From positions 5,498-69,497 of the forward strand of contig JBAXZI010000002.1 in assembly GCA_041670385.1 (NCBI GenBank): a stretch of 64,000 bases of DNA, read 5' to 3'. The position numbers and the translations under genes are program-made. Below are positions 55,442 through 64,000 of this stretch, one piece after another. Origin of the DNA: Clostridia bacterium. GTDB taxonomy: Bacteria; Bacillota; Clostridia; Christensenellales; DTU072. Each line of letters begins with the position of its first letter. Within the stretch, counting starts at the first letter, position 1. The notes under the pieces were generated by a model. It ran no database searches. It saw only the letters and a program-made list of their open reading frames with translations, and was not told the origin of the DNA.

Positions 55442-56782
55442 ATGAAAATAGCAGTTCTTAATGGTAGTCCAAAAGGTGATAATAGTATAACATTACAAAG
55501 TATTTTATATTTACAAAAATTAAATAAAGCACACGATTTTGATATTATTAATGTTGGACAATTGATAAAACCAATAGGGAAAGACCCGACAGAAGCAATA
55601 GAAAAAGTAAAAAAAGCAGATATAATTATTTTCAGTTATCCTGTTTATACTTGTTTGGTTCCTAGTCAATTGCATCGATTTTTGGAAATTTTGCAAGAAA
55701 ATAAAGTAGAATTAAAAGGAAAGTTTGCTACTCAAATAACCACTTCTAAGCATTTTTATGATTTTACAGCACATCAATTTATTGAAGATTTTTGTTTAGA
55801 TGCGGGGCTTAAATATGTAAAGGGTTTGTCTGCTGATATGGAAGATTTACTAAATAAAGAGGGTCAAAAAGATTGTACAGAATTTTTTGATTATTTTATG
55901 TTTTGCGTTAAAAACGATATTTATAAATTGCCAATGGTTACTTCATTGTCAAAGCATAAAGAATATAGTAAGCAAGTAGAAATGTGTGCGAAAAGTAGCA
56001 AATACGATATCGTGGTACTTACAGATTGCAAGGTAAATGATAAAAGCTTGCAAGATATGATAGCGGATTTTGAAAATACTATAGGCAATACGATAAGGAT
56101 TGTAAATGTCACAGAATTCCCGTTTAAGGGCGGTTGTTTGGGTTGTTTAAAGTGTGCTTCAAGTGGTAAATGTGTATACAATGACGGTTTTGATGAGTTT
56201 TTGCGTAATAAGGTACAATGTGCTGATGCGATAGTCTATGCTTTTAGTGTAAGTAATCATATGTTTAGTTCTTATCTAAAAAGATATGATGATAGGCAAT
56301 TTTGTAATGGTCACAGGTCAGTTACGGCAGGTATGCCAATTGCTTATCTTATTAACGGTGAGTATAATTATGAGCATAATTTACGAAATGTGGTTGAAGG
56401 CAGGGCGGAAATAGGCAATAATTTTTTAGCGGGAGTTGCTACCAACTTAGCTGAAATAAAAGCAATGTGTGCAACTTTACTTTATGCACTTGATAGAAAA
56501 TTAGTTTTACCACAAAATTTCTTGGGTGTAGGTGGAAGCAAAATTTTCCGTGATTTAGTATATGTTATGCGAGGGCTTATGAAAGCCGACCATAAATATT
56601 ATAAACAAAAAGGGATTTATGATGATTTGCCAAATAAACAAAAGAAAAAAATGTTAGCAATGTGTTTAGTAGGAAAATTAGTTGAAAACAAGAAAATAAA
56701 GAAAAAAATGGGCAATATAATGGTAACTGGAGTACTTATGCCCTACAAAAAAATATTGAAAAATCTAGATAAAGAAAATTAA
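55442..56782 (+). CDS. two-module flavodoxin-like fold NAD(P)H-dependent oxidoreductase / iron-sulfur flavoprotein-like
   Basis: MKIAVLNGSPKG N-terminus. The second module carries GCLGCLKCASSGKC, resembling CLGCGNC of the 43410 gene. Start reset to the ATG at 55442. Confidence 0.75.
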   Translation: MKIAVLNGSPKGDNSITLQSILYLQKLNKAHDFDIINVGQLIKPIGKDPTEAIEKVKKADIIIFSYPVYTCLVPSQLHRFLEILQENKVELKGKFATQITTSKHFYDFTAHQFIEDFCLDAGLKYVKGLSADMEDLLNKEGQKDCTEFFDYFMFCVKNDIYKLPMVTSLSKHKEYSKQVEMCAKSSKYDIVVLTDCKVNDKSLQDMIADFENTIGNTIRIVNVTEFPFKGGCLGCLKCASSGKCVYNDGFDEFLRNKVQCADAIVYAFSVSNHMFSSYLKRYDDRQFCNGHRSVTAGMPIAYLINGEYNYEHNLRNVVEGRAEIGNNFLAGVATNLAEIKAMCATLLYALDRKLVLPQNFLGVGGSKIFRDLVYVMRGLMKADHKYYKQKGIYDDLPNKQKKKMLAMCLVGKLVENKKIKKKMGNIMVTGVLMPYKKILKNLDKEN

Positions 56783-57459
56783 ATTTTTAGTGTATTTAGA
56801 TAATTCTTAGTTTCTTTATCTATGCGAAAACTTTCTCTTGCTTTTTGTATAGATTTATTTTGTATCCATTTTGGCAAGGTTTTGCTTTGTATTAGTGGAA
56901 GAGTAATGTCATATTGTTTTATTAAAGCCATGCTAAAGTACCACGCAATAGCCATATTTATGTAATACTCGTCACTTATTGCACTAGTTACCCAATCAAG
57001 CATTGCTTTTTCAAAATTATCATTGAGAAAGCTATTAAGTAAAGTAACTACTCCATATCTTACAACATAAGTATGGTCAGAAGCTAGCCACAGTTTTATT
57101 TTAGGCAAAATAATTTCAGGGTATTTTATAAAAACTTTGTTAATAAAACTATCGCAAATAGCCCAATTATTTATAAAGGGAAGAAATTCTTCTACCTTTT
57201 CAAGTAACTCATCAATATTTTGATACTTTTTAGTGACTATAAAAGAATGTAAATGGTTTTCTTCAAAATATTTGTGTGGCAAATCATTTAGAAATTCGTC
57301 TACATATTCGCTACACGCAATTTGATTTGCCAATTTACGCAAAACAGGCACTTGTACGCCTATAATTGTGTCCTTATCTATATTAGGAACTAATTTAGCG
57401 TGAAAATCTCTATAAACTAAATCTTGCTTTTCAAAAAGCATTGCTTCTATTTGTTTCAT
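56779..57459 (-). CDS. DNA alkylation repair protein (AlkD-like HEAT-repeat glycosylase family)
   Basis: 226 aa. YRDFHAKLVPNIDKDTIIGVQVPVLRKLA and NNWAICD match the DNA_alkylation family pattern. Confidence 0.8.
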   Translation of the reverse strand: MKQIEAMLFEKQDLVYRDFHAKLVPNIDKDTIIGVQVPVLRKLANQIACSEYVDEFLNDLPHKYFEENHLHSFIVTKKYQNIDELLEKVEEFLPFINNWAICDSFINKVFIKYPEIILPKIKLWLASDHTYVVRYGVVTLLNSFLNDNFEKAMLDWVTSAISDEYYINMAIAWYFSMALIKQYDITLPLIQSKTLPKWIQNKSIQKARESFRIDKETKNYLNTLKI

Positions 57460-57595
57460 AATTTAGATAATAACATAGATAGGCAATAATTGTAAATATT
57501 TTATATTTATACAATATAATTTTTTTGAATTCTATATATTCTATATAAATAATTTCAACAAATTAATTTTTTTTTCGATTTTATTGGTTTTTTAG

Positions 57596-57624
57596 TTGCA
57601 TAGAATTTGTGTTGTTGCTATAAT
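57596..57624 (+). promoter_or_regulatory. sigma-A promoter of the T-box leader
   Basis: TTGCAT (57596-57601), 17 nt, TATAAT (57619-57624). Confidence 0.55.
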
Positions 57625-57639
57625 AATATTAACTTAATA

Positions 57640-57921
57640 AAAAGCGATGATAGAATAACGTATTTATTGTATGGATAATATTAGAGAGTCAATGGTTGCT
57701 GTAAATTGATATAACTGATAAATACAACTCACTCTGGAGCTTATTTGCTGAAATGATTACATATCTTTAAGTAAATACGGATTGTGGCACCGTTATTGTC
57801 GGAAAAAACGAGCTTGCTCGCTTGAGGTGGATAGTCCTTATTTTTGGATTGTCAATTTGGGTGGTATCGCGTGGATATAATGTCTTCGTCCCATGTAGTA
57901 TGGGGGACGCAAGGCTTTTTT
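57640..57921 (+). ncRNA. T-box riboswitch leader (branched-chain amino acid operon)
   Basis: GA/K-turn element GCGATGA, AG-bulge AGAGAG (57683-57688), F-box CCGTTA (57789-57794), stem III CGAGC-ttg-GCTCG and the T-box sequence AATTTGGGTGGTATCGCG (57854-57871), followed by a terminator. Confidence 0.85.
57882..57921 (+). terminator. T-box terminator helix
   Basis: GTCTTCGTCCC...GGGGGACGCAAGGC plus TTTTTT. Its 5' arm overlaps the 3' arm of the antiterminator. Confidence 0.75.
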
Positions 57922-57959
57922 ACTATATAAAGATAAATAAATATGGAGTTTAAAGTATT

Positions 57960-58460
57960 ATGAGAAATTATATTGTATCTATTTTAGTACGTAATCACTC
58001 AGGTGTACTTAGAAGAGTTGCAGGACTTTTCAGTAGGCGTGGTTACAATATAGAAAGTTTATCAGTTGGTGAAACTCAAGATGTAGGAGTTAGCCGAATT
58101 ACTGTTGTTGTGCAAGGTGACGAGTACATTATAGAACAAATAGTAAAACAAGTATCTAAACTTATTGAAGTAATGAAAGTGGAAAGACTACATTCATCAG
58201 AAGCAGTTTATAGAGAATTGTCACTTTTAAGAATTAGCACTACAAATGAAAACCGTAGTGAAATTATTGAAATTATCAATATATTTAGAGGCAGAGTAGT
58301 AGATATTGCCGAAAAATCTATGATTGTCGAAATAACTGGCGATAGTGGGAAAGTAAATGCTTTTATAAAAGCTATGGATTCTTTTACAATATTAGAACTT
58401 GTTAGAACGGGACTTACAGCTATGAAACGTGGCGAAAATGAATTCGCTAACGAAGAATAA
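57960..58460 (+). CDS. ilvN: acetolactate synthase small (regulatory) subunit
   Basis: 166 aa ACT domain (ILVRNHSGVLRRVAGLFSRRGYNIESLSVGET). Confidence 0.9.
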   Translation: MRNYIVSILVRNHSGVLRRVAGLFSRRGYNIESLSVGETQDVGVSRITVVVQGDEYIIEQIVKQVSKLIEVMKVERLHSSEAVYRELSLLRISTTNENRSEIIEIINIFRGRVVDIAEKSMIVEITGDSGKVNAFIKAMDSFTILELVRTGLTAMKRGENEFANEE

Positions 58461-58485
58461 ATAAATAAAAAAAATAATTTTCTAA

Positions 58486-59508
<1,023 letters not shown>

Positions 59509-59536
59509 TAAAAATAATTAAGGGAAATTAAAGCAA

Positions 59537-61087
59537 ATGGTAAGACAAATTAAAGTTTTTGATACAACACTTAGAGATGGTGAGCAATCACCAGGTTGCA
59601 GTATGAATATCAGTGAGAAATTAAGACTCGCTGAGCAACTGGATATCCTCGGTGTTGACATAATTGAGGCGGGTTTTGCCATTGCTTCCCCTGGTGATTT
59701 TGCAAGTGTAAAAAGTATTGCAGAAATAATAAAAAATGCTACAGTAGCTAGCCTTGCTAGGTCATTGAAAAAAGATATTGATGTAGCTTGGGAAGCAGTA
59801 AAGGTCGCTAAAAAGCCTAGAATACACGTTTTTTTGGCTACTAGTGATATCCATATGGAATACAAACTTAAAATGACTAAAGAGCAAGTGCTTGCAAGAA
59901 CTAAAGAAATGGTAGAGTATGCACATTCTCTTTGTGAAGATATTGAGTTTTCCGCTGAAGATGCGTCAAGAAGCAATGTCGATTTTTTATGTGAAGTTGT
60001 GGAAACTGCTATAAATGCAGGTGCATCAACAATTAATATTCCTGATACAGTTGGTTATGCAATACCTGAAGAATATGCTGATTTGATAAGAACAATAATC
60101 AAAAGAGTACCTAATAGTGATAAAGCAGTAATTAGTGTGCATTGTCATAATGACTTAGGTTTAGCCACGTCAAATACTCTTTCAGCTATAAAAGCTGGTG
60201 CAGGGCAAGTGGAGTGTACGATAAATGGTATTGGCGAAAGAGCAGGTAATGCGGCACTTGAAGAAATAGTTATGGGACTATATACTCGTAAAAATTATTA
60301 TGATGCTGAGTGTAATGTAGATACTAAGCAAATACAACGCACAAGTAATTTATTGACAAGTATAACAGGTGTAAAACCACAGCCTAATAAGGCAATAATC
60401 GGCGAAAATGCTTTTGCTCACGAATCGGGTATTCATCAACACGGAATGCTTGCTAACAAAAACACTTACGAAATAATGACCCCAGAATCCGTTGGGCTTA
60501 CAACTAATAAAATGGTTCTTGGTAAACATTCGGGCAAACACGCACTTGATGATAAATTGCGAGTTTTAGGACATACAGTTACTTCAGAACAGTTGGAAAA
60601 GATTTTTGATGAGTTCAAAATGCTTGCGGATAGACAAAAAAATGTTAGCGATAGAGATATCGAAGGTTTATTGCAAACTAATACAATATCTATACCTGAA
60701 AAATACATATTGGAAAGGTTCGTAATAAATGTAGGTAATACAATAAGGACAACTAGTGCTATACAACTTATTGTTAATGATGAAAATGGTAAACAAAAAG
60801 AAATAGAAACAGTAACTAGTTCCAAATTTGGACCTATTGATGCTAGTTTTAAAGCAATAAATACTTTGGTATCAAATGAAATATATGAACTTGTTGACTT
60901 TGGCATAGACGCCCTAACGGGTGGTACTGATGCACAAGGTAGTGTTACTGTAAAATTATTGTCTGATGGTAAAGTTTATAACGGCCATAGTATAAGTGTA
61001 GATATAGTGGAATCTGCTATAAAGGCTTATATTTCAGCTATAAACAATATGATTTACGATAAATATTTGGTGAATAATGGCAAATAA
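59537..61087 (+). CDS. leuA: 2-isopropylmalate synthase
   Basis: 516 aa. FDTTLRDGEQSPG, HCHNDLGLA and a LeuA dimerisation C-terminal domain. Confidence 0.93.
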   Translation: MVRQIKVFDTTLRDGEQSPGCSMNISEKLRLAEQLDILGVDIIEAGFAIASPGDFASVKSIAEIIKNATVASLARSLKKDIDVAWEAVKVAKKPRIHVFLATSDIHMEYKLKMTKEQVLARTKEMVEYAHSLCEDIEFSAEDASRSNVDFLCEVVETAINAGASTINIPDTVGYAIPEEYADLIRTIIKRVPNSDKAVISVHCHNDLGLATSNTLSAIKAGAGQVECTINGIGERAGNAALEEIVMGLYTRKNYYDAECNVDTKQIQRTSNLLTSITGVKPQPNKAIIGENAFAHESGIHQHGMLANKNTYEIMTPESVGLTTNKMVLGKHSGKHALDDKLRVLGHTVTSEQLEKIFDEFKMLADRQKNVSDRDIEGLLQTNTISIPEKYILERFVINVGNTIRTTSAIQLIVNDENGKQKEIETVTSSKFGPIDASFKAINTLVSNEIYELVDFGIDALTGGTDAQGSVTVKLLSDGKVYNGHSISVDIVESAIKAYISAINNMIYDKYLVNNGK

Positions 61088-62654
61088 AATATGTGTATTA
61101 GATTCCACACTAAGAGATGGAGCACAAGCGGAAGGAATTTCTTTTTCAGTTAATGACAAACTAAGAATAGTTAAGGCATTAGATGATTTTGGCATTGACA
61201 TAATTGAAGCAGGGAATCCCACTTCAAATCCAAAAGATATGGAATTTTTTAAGGAAATTAAAAAAATCAAACTATCTCATTCTAAGATAGCAGCTTTTGG
61301 AAGCACACGCAAAATTAACAGTAAAGTAGAAGATGATGCAATGGTAGCCTCTCTTTTATCGGCAGAAACGCCGGTAGTAGTAATTTTCGGTAAATCTTGG
61401 GATTTACACGTAAAGAAAATTCTTAATACTACTTTAGAAGAAAACCTTGCTATGATAAAAGAAACAGTAAAGTATCTTAAAGCTAAGGGCAAAACGGTTG
61501 TTTATGATGCAGAACATTTTTTTGATGGATATAAAAACAATAGCGACTACGCAATAAAGTCAATAATGTCCGCACAAGAAGGCGGAGCTGATACTATTGT
61601 ACTTTGTGATACAAACGGTGGATGTTTTCCTGATGAAGTATTTGAAATTACAAAAAATGTAGTTTCTTTGATGGATACTGAAATTGGAATTCACGTACAT
61701 AATGATACAGGTATGGGCGATGCAAATACAATAATGGCAGTTAAGGCAGGTGCAACGCATATTCAAGGCACTATGTTAGGCTTTGGAGAAAGATGCGGTA
61801 ATGCAAACTTAAGTACGGTTATTTGTAATTTACAAATAAAATTAGGTTATGAATGTATTCCAAATGAAGGAATAAATAATATTACTTCGCTTTGTCGTAT
61901 GGTGGCGGAAATAAGTAATAAAAAACTTGTAAAAAATATGCCTTATGTGGGCGAAAGTGCCTTTACACATAAAGCAGGAATGCATATTGATGGCGTAAAT
62001 AAAATAAGTAAATCTTTTGAACATGTAGAGCCTAATAGTGTAGGCAATAATCGTAGATTTTTAATGAGTGAAGTTTCGGGAAGAAGTACCGTATTAAAGA
62101 TGGTAAACAAAATTGACCCGACTATTACTAAAAATAATGAAGTTTTACTTAAAATAGTTGCCGAAATTAAAAGATTAGAATTTGAAGGCTTCCAATTTGA
62201 AGGAGCAGAAGCAAGTTTGGATTTATTAATTAGAAAACAACTAAATACATATAAACCGTTTTTTACTTTGGAAAAATACAAAACTATAGGCGAACAATTA
62301 GTTGGAGCAGCGTTCCAACCGGCATCGGCTTTAGTTAAGGTAAGAGTAAAAGACAAGTCCGAATTGACAGCGGCAGAAGGTGATGGACCGGTAGATGCAC
62401 TTAATTTAGCATTGCGTACTTGTTTAGAAAAATTCTATCCATCTCTATCCGAAATGCACTTAGCGGACTATAAAGTAAGAATTATCGATGGCAAAGATGG
62501 TACAAGTGCAACTGTAAGAGTATTAATAGATAATACAGATGGCAAACAACAATGGAGCACTGTAGGCGTAAGTAAAGATATTATTCAAGCGAGCTTACAA
62601 GCGATGGTAGATGCTATAGAATATAAATTAACACAAGAAAAGCTAAATAAATAG
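61077..62654 (+). CDS. cimA: (R)-citramalate synthase (LeuA-related family)
   Basis: 525 aa. [17 protein letters not shown] and HVHNDTGMG. Length and N-terminus match the LeuA_rel/CimA clade. Overlaps leuA by 11 nt. Confidence 0.8.
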   Translation: MANKICVLDSTLRDGAQAEGISFSVNDKLRIVKALDDFGIDIIEAGNPTSNPKDMEFFKEIKKIKLSHSKIAAFGSTRKINSKVEDDAMVASLLSAETPVVVIFGKSWDLHVKKILNTTLEENLAMIKETVKYLKAKGKTVVYDAEHFFDGYKNNSDYAIKSIMSAQEGGADTIVLCDTNGGCFPDEVFEITKNVVSLMDTEIGIHVHNDTGMGDANTIMAVKAGATHIQGTMLGFGERCGNANLSTVICNLQIKLGYECIPNEGINNITSLCRMVAEISNKKLVKNMPYVGESAFTHKAGMHIDGVNKISKSFEHVEPNSVGNNRRFLMSEVSGRSTVLKMVNKIDPTITKNNEVLLKIVAEIKRLEFEGFQFEGAEASLDLLIRKQLNTYKPFFTLEKYKTIGEQLVGAAFQPASALVKVRVKDKSELTAAEGDGPVDALNLALRTCLEKFYPSLSEMHLADYKVRIIDGKDGTSATVRVLIDNTDGKQQWSTVGVSKDIIQASLQAMVDAIEYKLTQEKLNK

Positions 62655-62670
62655 GAGGCAACAACATAAT

Positions 62671-63930
62671 ATGGGAATGACAATGACTCAAAAAATTCTT
62701 GCTAGTCACGCAGGATTGGATAGCGTAAAGCCAGGACAACTAATTGAGGCAAATTTAGATTTGGTATTAGGCAATGACATTACTACCCCGGTAGCAGTTA
62801 CTGAATTTGCTAAACTAAATTTAGATAAAGTCTTTGATAAAGACAAAATTGCTATAGTTCCTGACCATTTTACCCCTAACAAAGATATAAAGGCAGCTGA
62901 ACAATGTAAATATATTCGTGAGTTTGCCTATAAAATGGACATTACTAATTATTTTGAAGTAGGCCAAATGGGTATAGAACACGCACTACTACCAGAAAAG
63001 GGATTAGTAGTAGCAGGTGATTTAGTAATTGGAGCTGATTCACATACTTGTACTTATGGTGCATTAGGTGCGTTTAGTACTGGTGTGGGTAGTACAGATA
63101 TGGCAGCAGGTATGGCTACAGGTAAAGCTTGGTTCAAAGTACCTAGTGCAATAAAATTTAATTTGCATAACAAATTAACGGGTTTTGCATCGGGTAAAGA
63201 TGTTATTTTGCATATTATTGGTATGATAGGCGTTGATGGAGCTTTATATAAGAGTATGGAATTTGGCGGAGAAGGTATGCATGGTCTTTCGGTAGATTCT
63301 CGTTTGTGTATGGCTAATATGGCTATAGAAGCAGGCGGAAAAAATGGTATTTTTGAAGTTGATGATAAAACCATAGCTTATATAAAAGAACATTCTAAAA
63401 AAGAATATAAAATTTATAGTGCAGATGCAGATGCAGAATATGATAAGGTATATGATATTGATTTAAGTAAAATCAGACCAACAGTAGCTTTTCCACATTT
63501 ACCAGATAATACTCGTACAATTGATGAAGTTGGCGATATTACTATTGACCAAGTAGTTATTGGTAGTTGTACAAACGGTAGAATGGAAGACCTTAGAGTC
63601 GCTGCAGAAATTTTTAAGGGTAGAAAAGTAGCTAAAGGAATCCGTACAATTATAATTCCTGGTACTCAAAAAATCTATCTTCAAGCTATGCACGAAGGTT
63701 TAGTAGATATATTTATTGAGGCAGGTGCAATTTTTTCAACACCAACTTGCGGACCTTGTTTAGGTGGGCATATGGGTATCCTAGCTAAGGGTGAAAGAGC
63801 GGTAAGTACTACTAATCGTAATTTTGTAGGAAGAATGGGACATCCAGAAAGTGAAGTATATTTGGCAAGTCCAGCAGTAGCTGCGGCAAGTGCAATAAAA
63901 GGTAAAATTGCTAACCCCGAAGATTTATAA
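62671..63930 (+). CDS. leuC: 3-isopropylmalate / citramalate dehydratase large subunit
   Basis: 419 aa, aconitase family ([27 protein letters not shown]). Confidence 0.9.
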   Translation: MGMTMTQKILASHAGLDSVKPGQLIEANLDLVLGNDITTPVAVTEFAKLNLDKVFDKDKIAIVPDHFTPNKDIKAAEQCKYIREFAYKMDITNYFEVGQMGIEHALLPEKGLVVAGDLVIGADSHTCTYGALGAFSTGVGSTDMAAGMATGKAWFKVPSAIKFNLHNKLTGFASGKDVILHIIGMIGVDGALYKSMEFGGEGMHGLSVDSRLCMANMAIEAGGKNGIFEVDDKTIAYIKEHSKKEYKIYSADADAEYDKVYDIDLSKIRPTVAFPHLPDNTRTIDEVGDITIDQVVIGSCTNGRMEDLRVAAEIFKGRKVAKGIRTIIIPGTQKIYLQAMHEGLVDIFIEAGAIFSTPTCGPCLGGHMGILAKGERAVSTTNRNFVGRMGHPESEVYLASPAVAAASAIKGKIANPEDL

Positions 63931-63948
63931 TATTAGGAGAAATAGAAT

Positions 63949-64000
63949 ATGAAAGCACAAGGAAAAGTATTTAGATATGAAAACAATGTTGATACCGATG
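63949..64000 (+). CDS. leuD: 3-isopropylmalate dehydratase small subunit, 5' end only
   Basis: Absent from the ORF track because it runs off the window. AGGAGA RBS (63934-63939), then ATG at 63949. MKAQGKVFRYENNVDTD is the typical LeuD N-terminus. Confidence 0.7.
   Translation, partial: MKAQGKVFRYENNVDTD

Noticed and set aside
59518-62356. Antisense ORFs of 137-152 aa within leuA and cimA (59518-59976, 60466-60906, 61943-62356).
   Set aside because: They lie opposite strongly supported, motif-bearing biosynthetic genes. They have Ser/Leu/Ile-rich composition typical of antisense frames in AT-rich genomes, and no RBS.

Overview
AT-rich, gene-dense chromosomal segment from a low-GC Gram-positive, probably an anaerobic Bacillota or Erysipelotrichia-like organism. 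This placement rests on the T-box leader, ECF S-components, class III FBPase, hcp cluster, lipobox lipoproteins and a tmRNA tag ending in LAAA. I support about 55 protein genes. I also found three structured RNAs that an ORF track cannot show. These are a tmRNA (ssrA, minus strand, 10518-10872), an FMN riboswitch ahead of ribU (25742-25870) and a T-box leader ahead of an ilvN-ilvC-leuA-cimA-leuC-leuD operon (57640-57921). Content is mostly housekeeping or metabolic: an hcp nitrosative-stress cluster with a Crp/Fnr regulator, glycolipid and envelope genes, fbp, an ArsR-controlled CoA-disulfide-reductase/rhodanese/TusA/DsrE fusion, MATE-MarR, a GPH sugar symporter, a response-regulator EAL phosphodiesterase, Na/Pi transporter, Fe-ADH, AraC-iolE-iolG, a DEAD-box helicase, thiN, a CDF exporter and flavoproteins. 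I saw no transposase, integrase, phage genes, CRISPR array, rRNA or tRNA. I also saw no recognisable defence, toxin-antitoxin or secretion system. I cannot point to a convincing novel multi-gene system. The best leads are below:
- the four-domain sulfur-relay fusion with a promoter-embedded operator;
- a helicase with a roughly 240-aa Arg/Ser/Glu tandem-repeat tail;
- a decaying tandem array of small Q/N/Y-rich membrane proteins with a 159-bp duplication;
- a PadR-membrane-condensation-domain operon;
- an orphan promoter-terminator pair that could be a small RNA or leader;
- a perfect FNR-geometry palindrome at about -41.5 of the hcp-operon promoter.

All family calls come from motif recognition by eye. 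No searches or folding were run.
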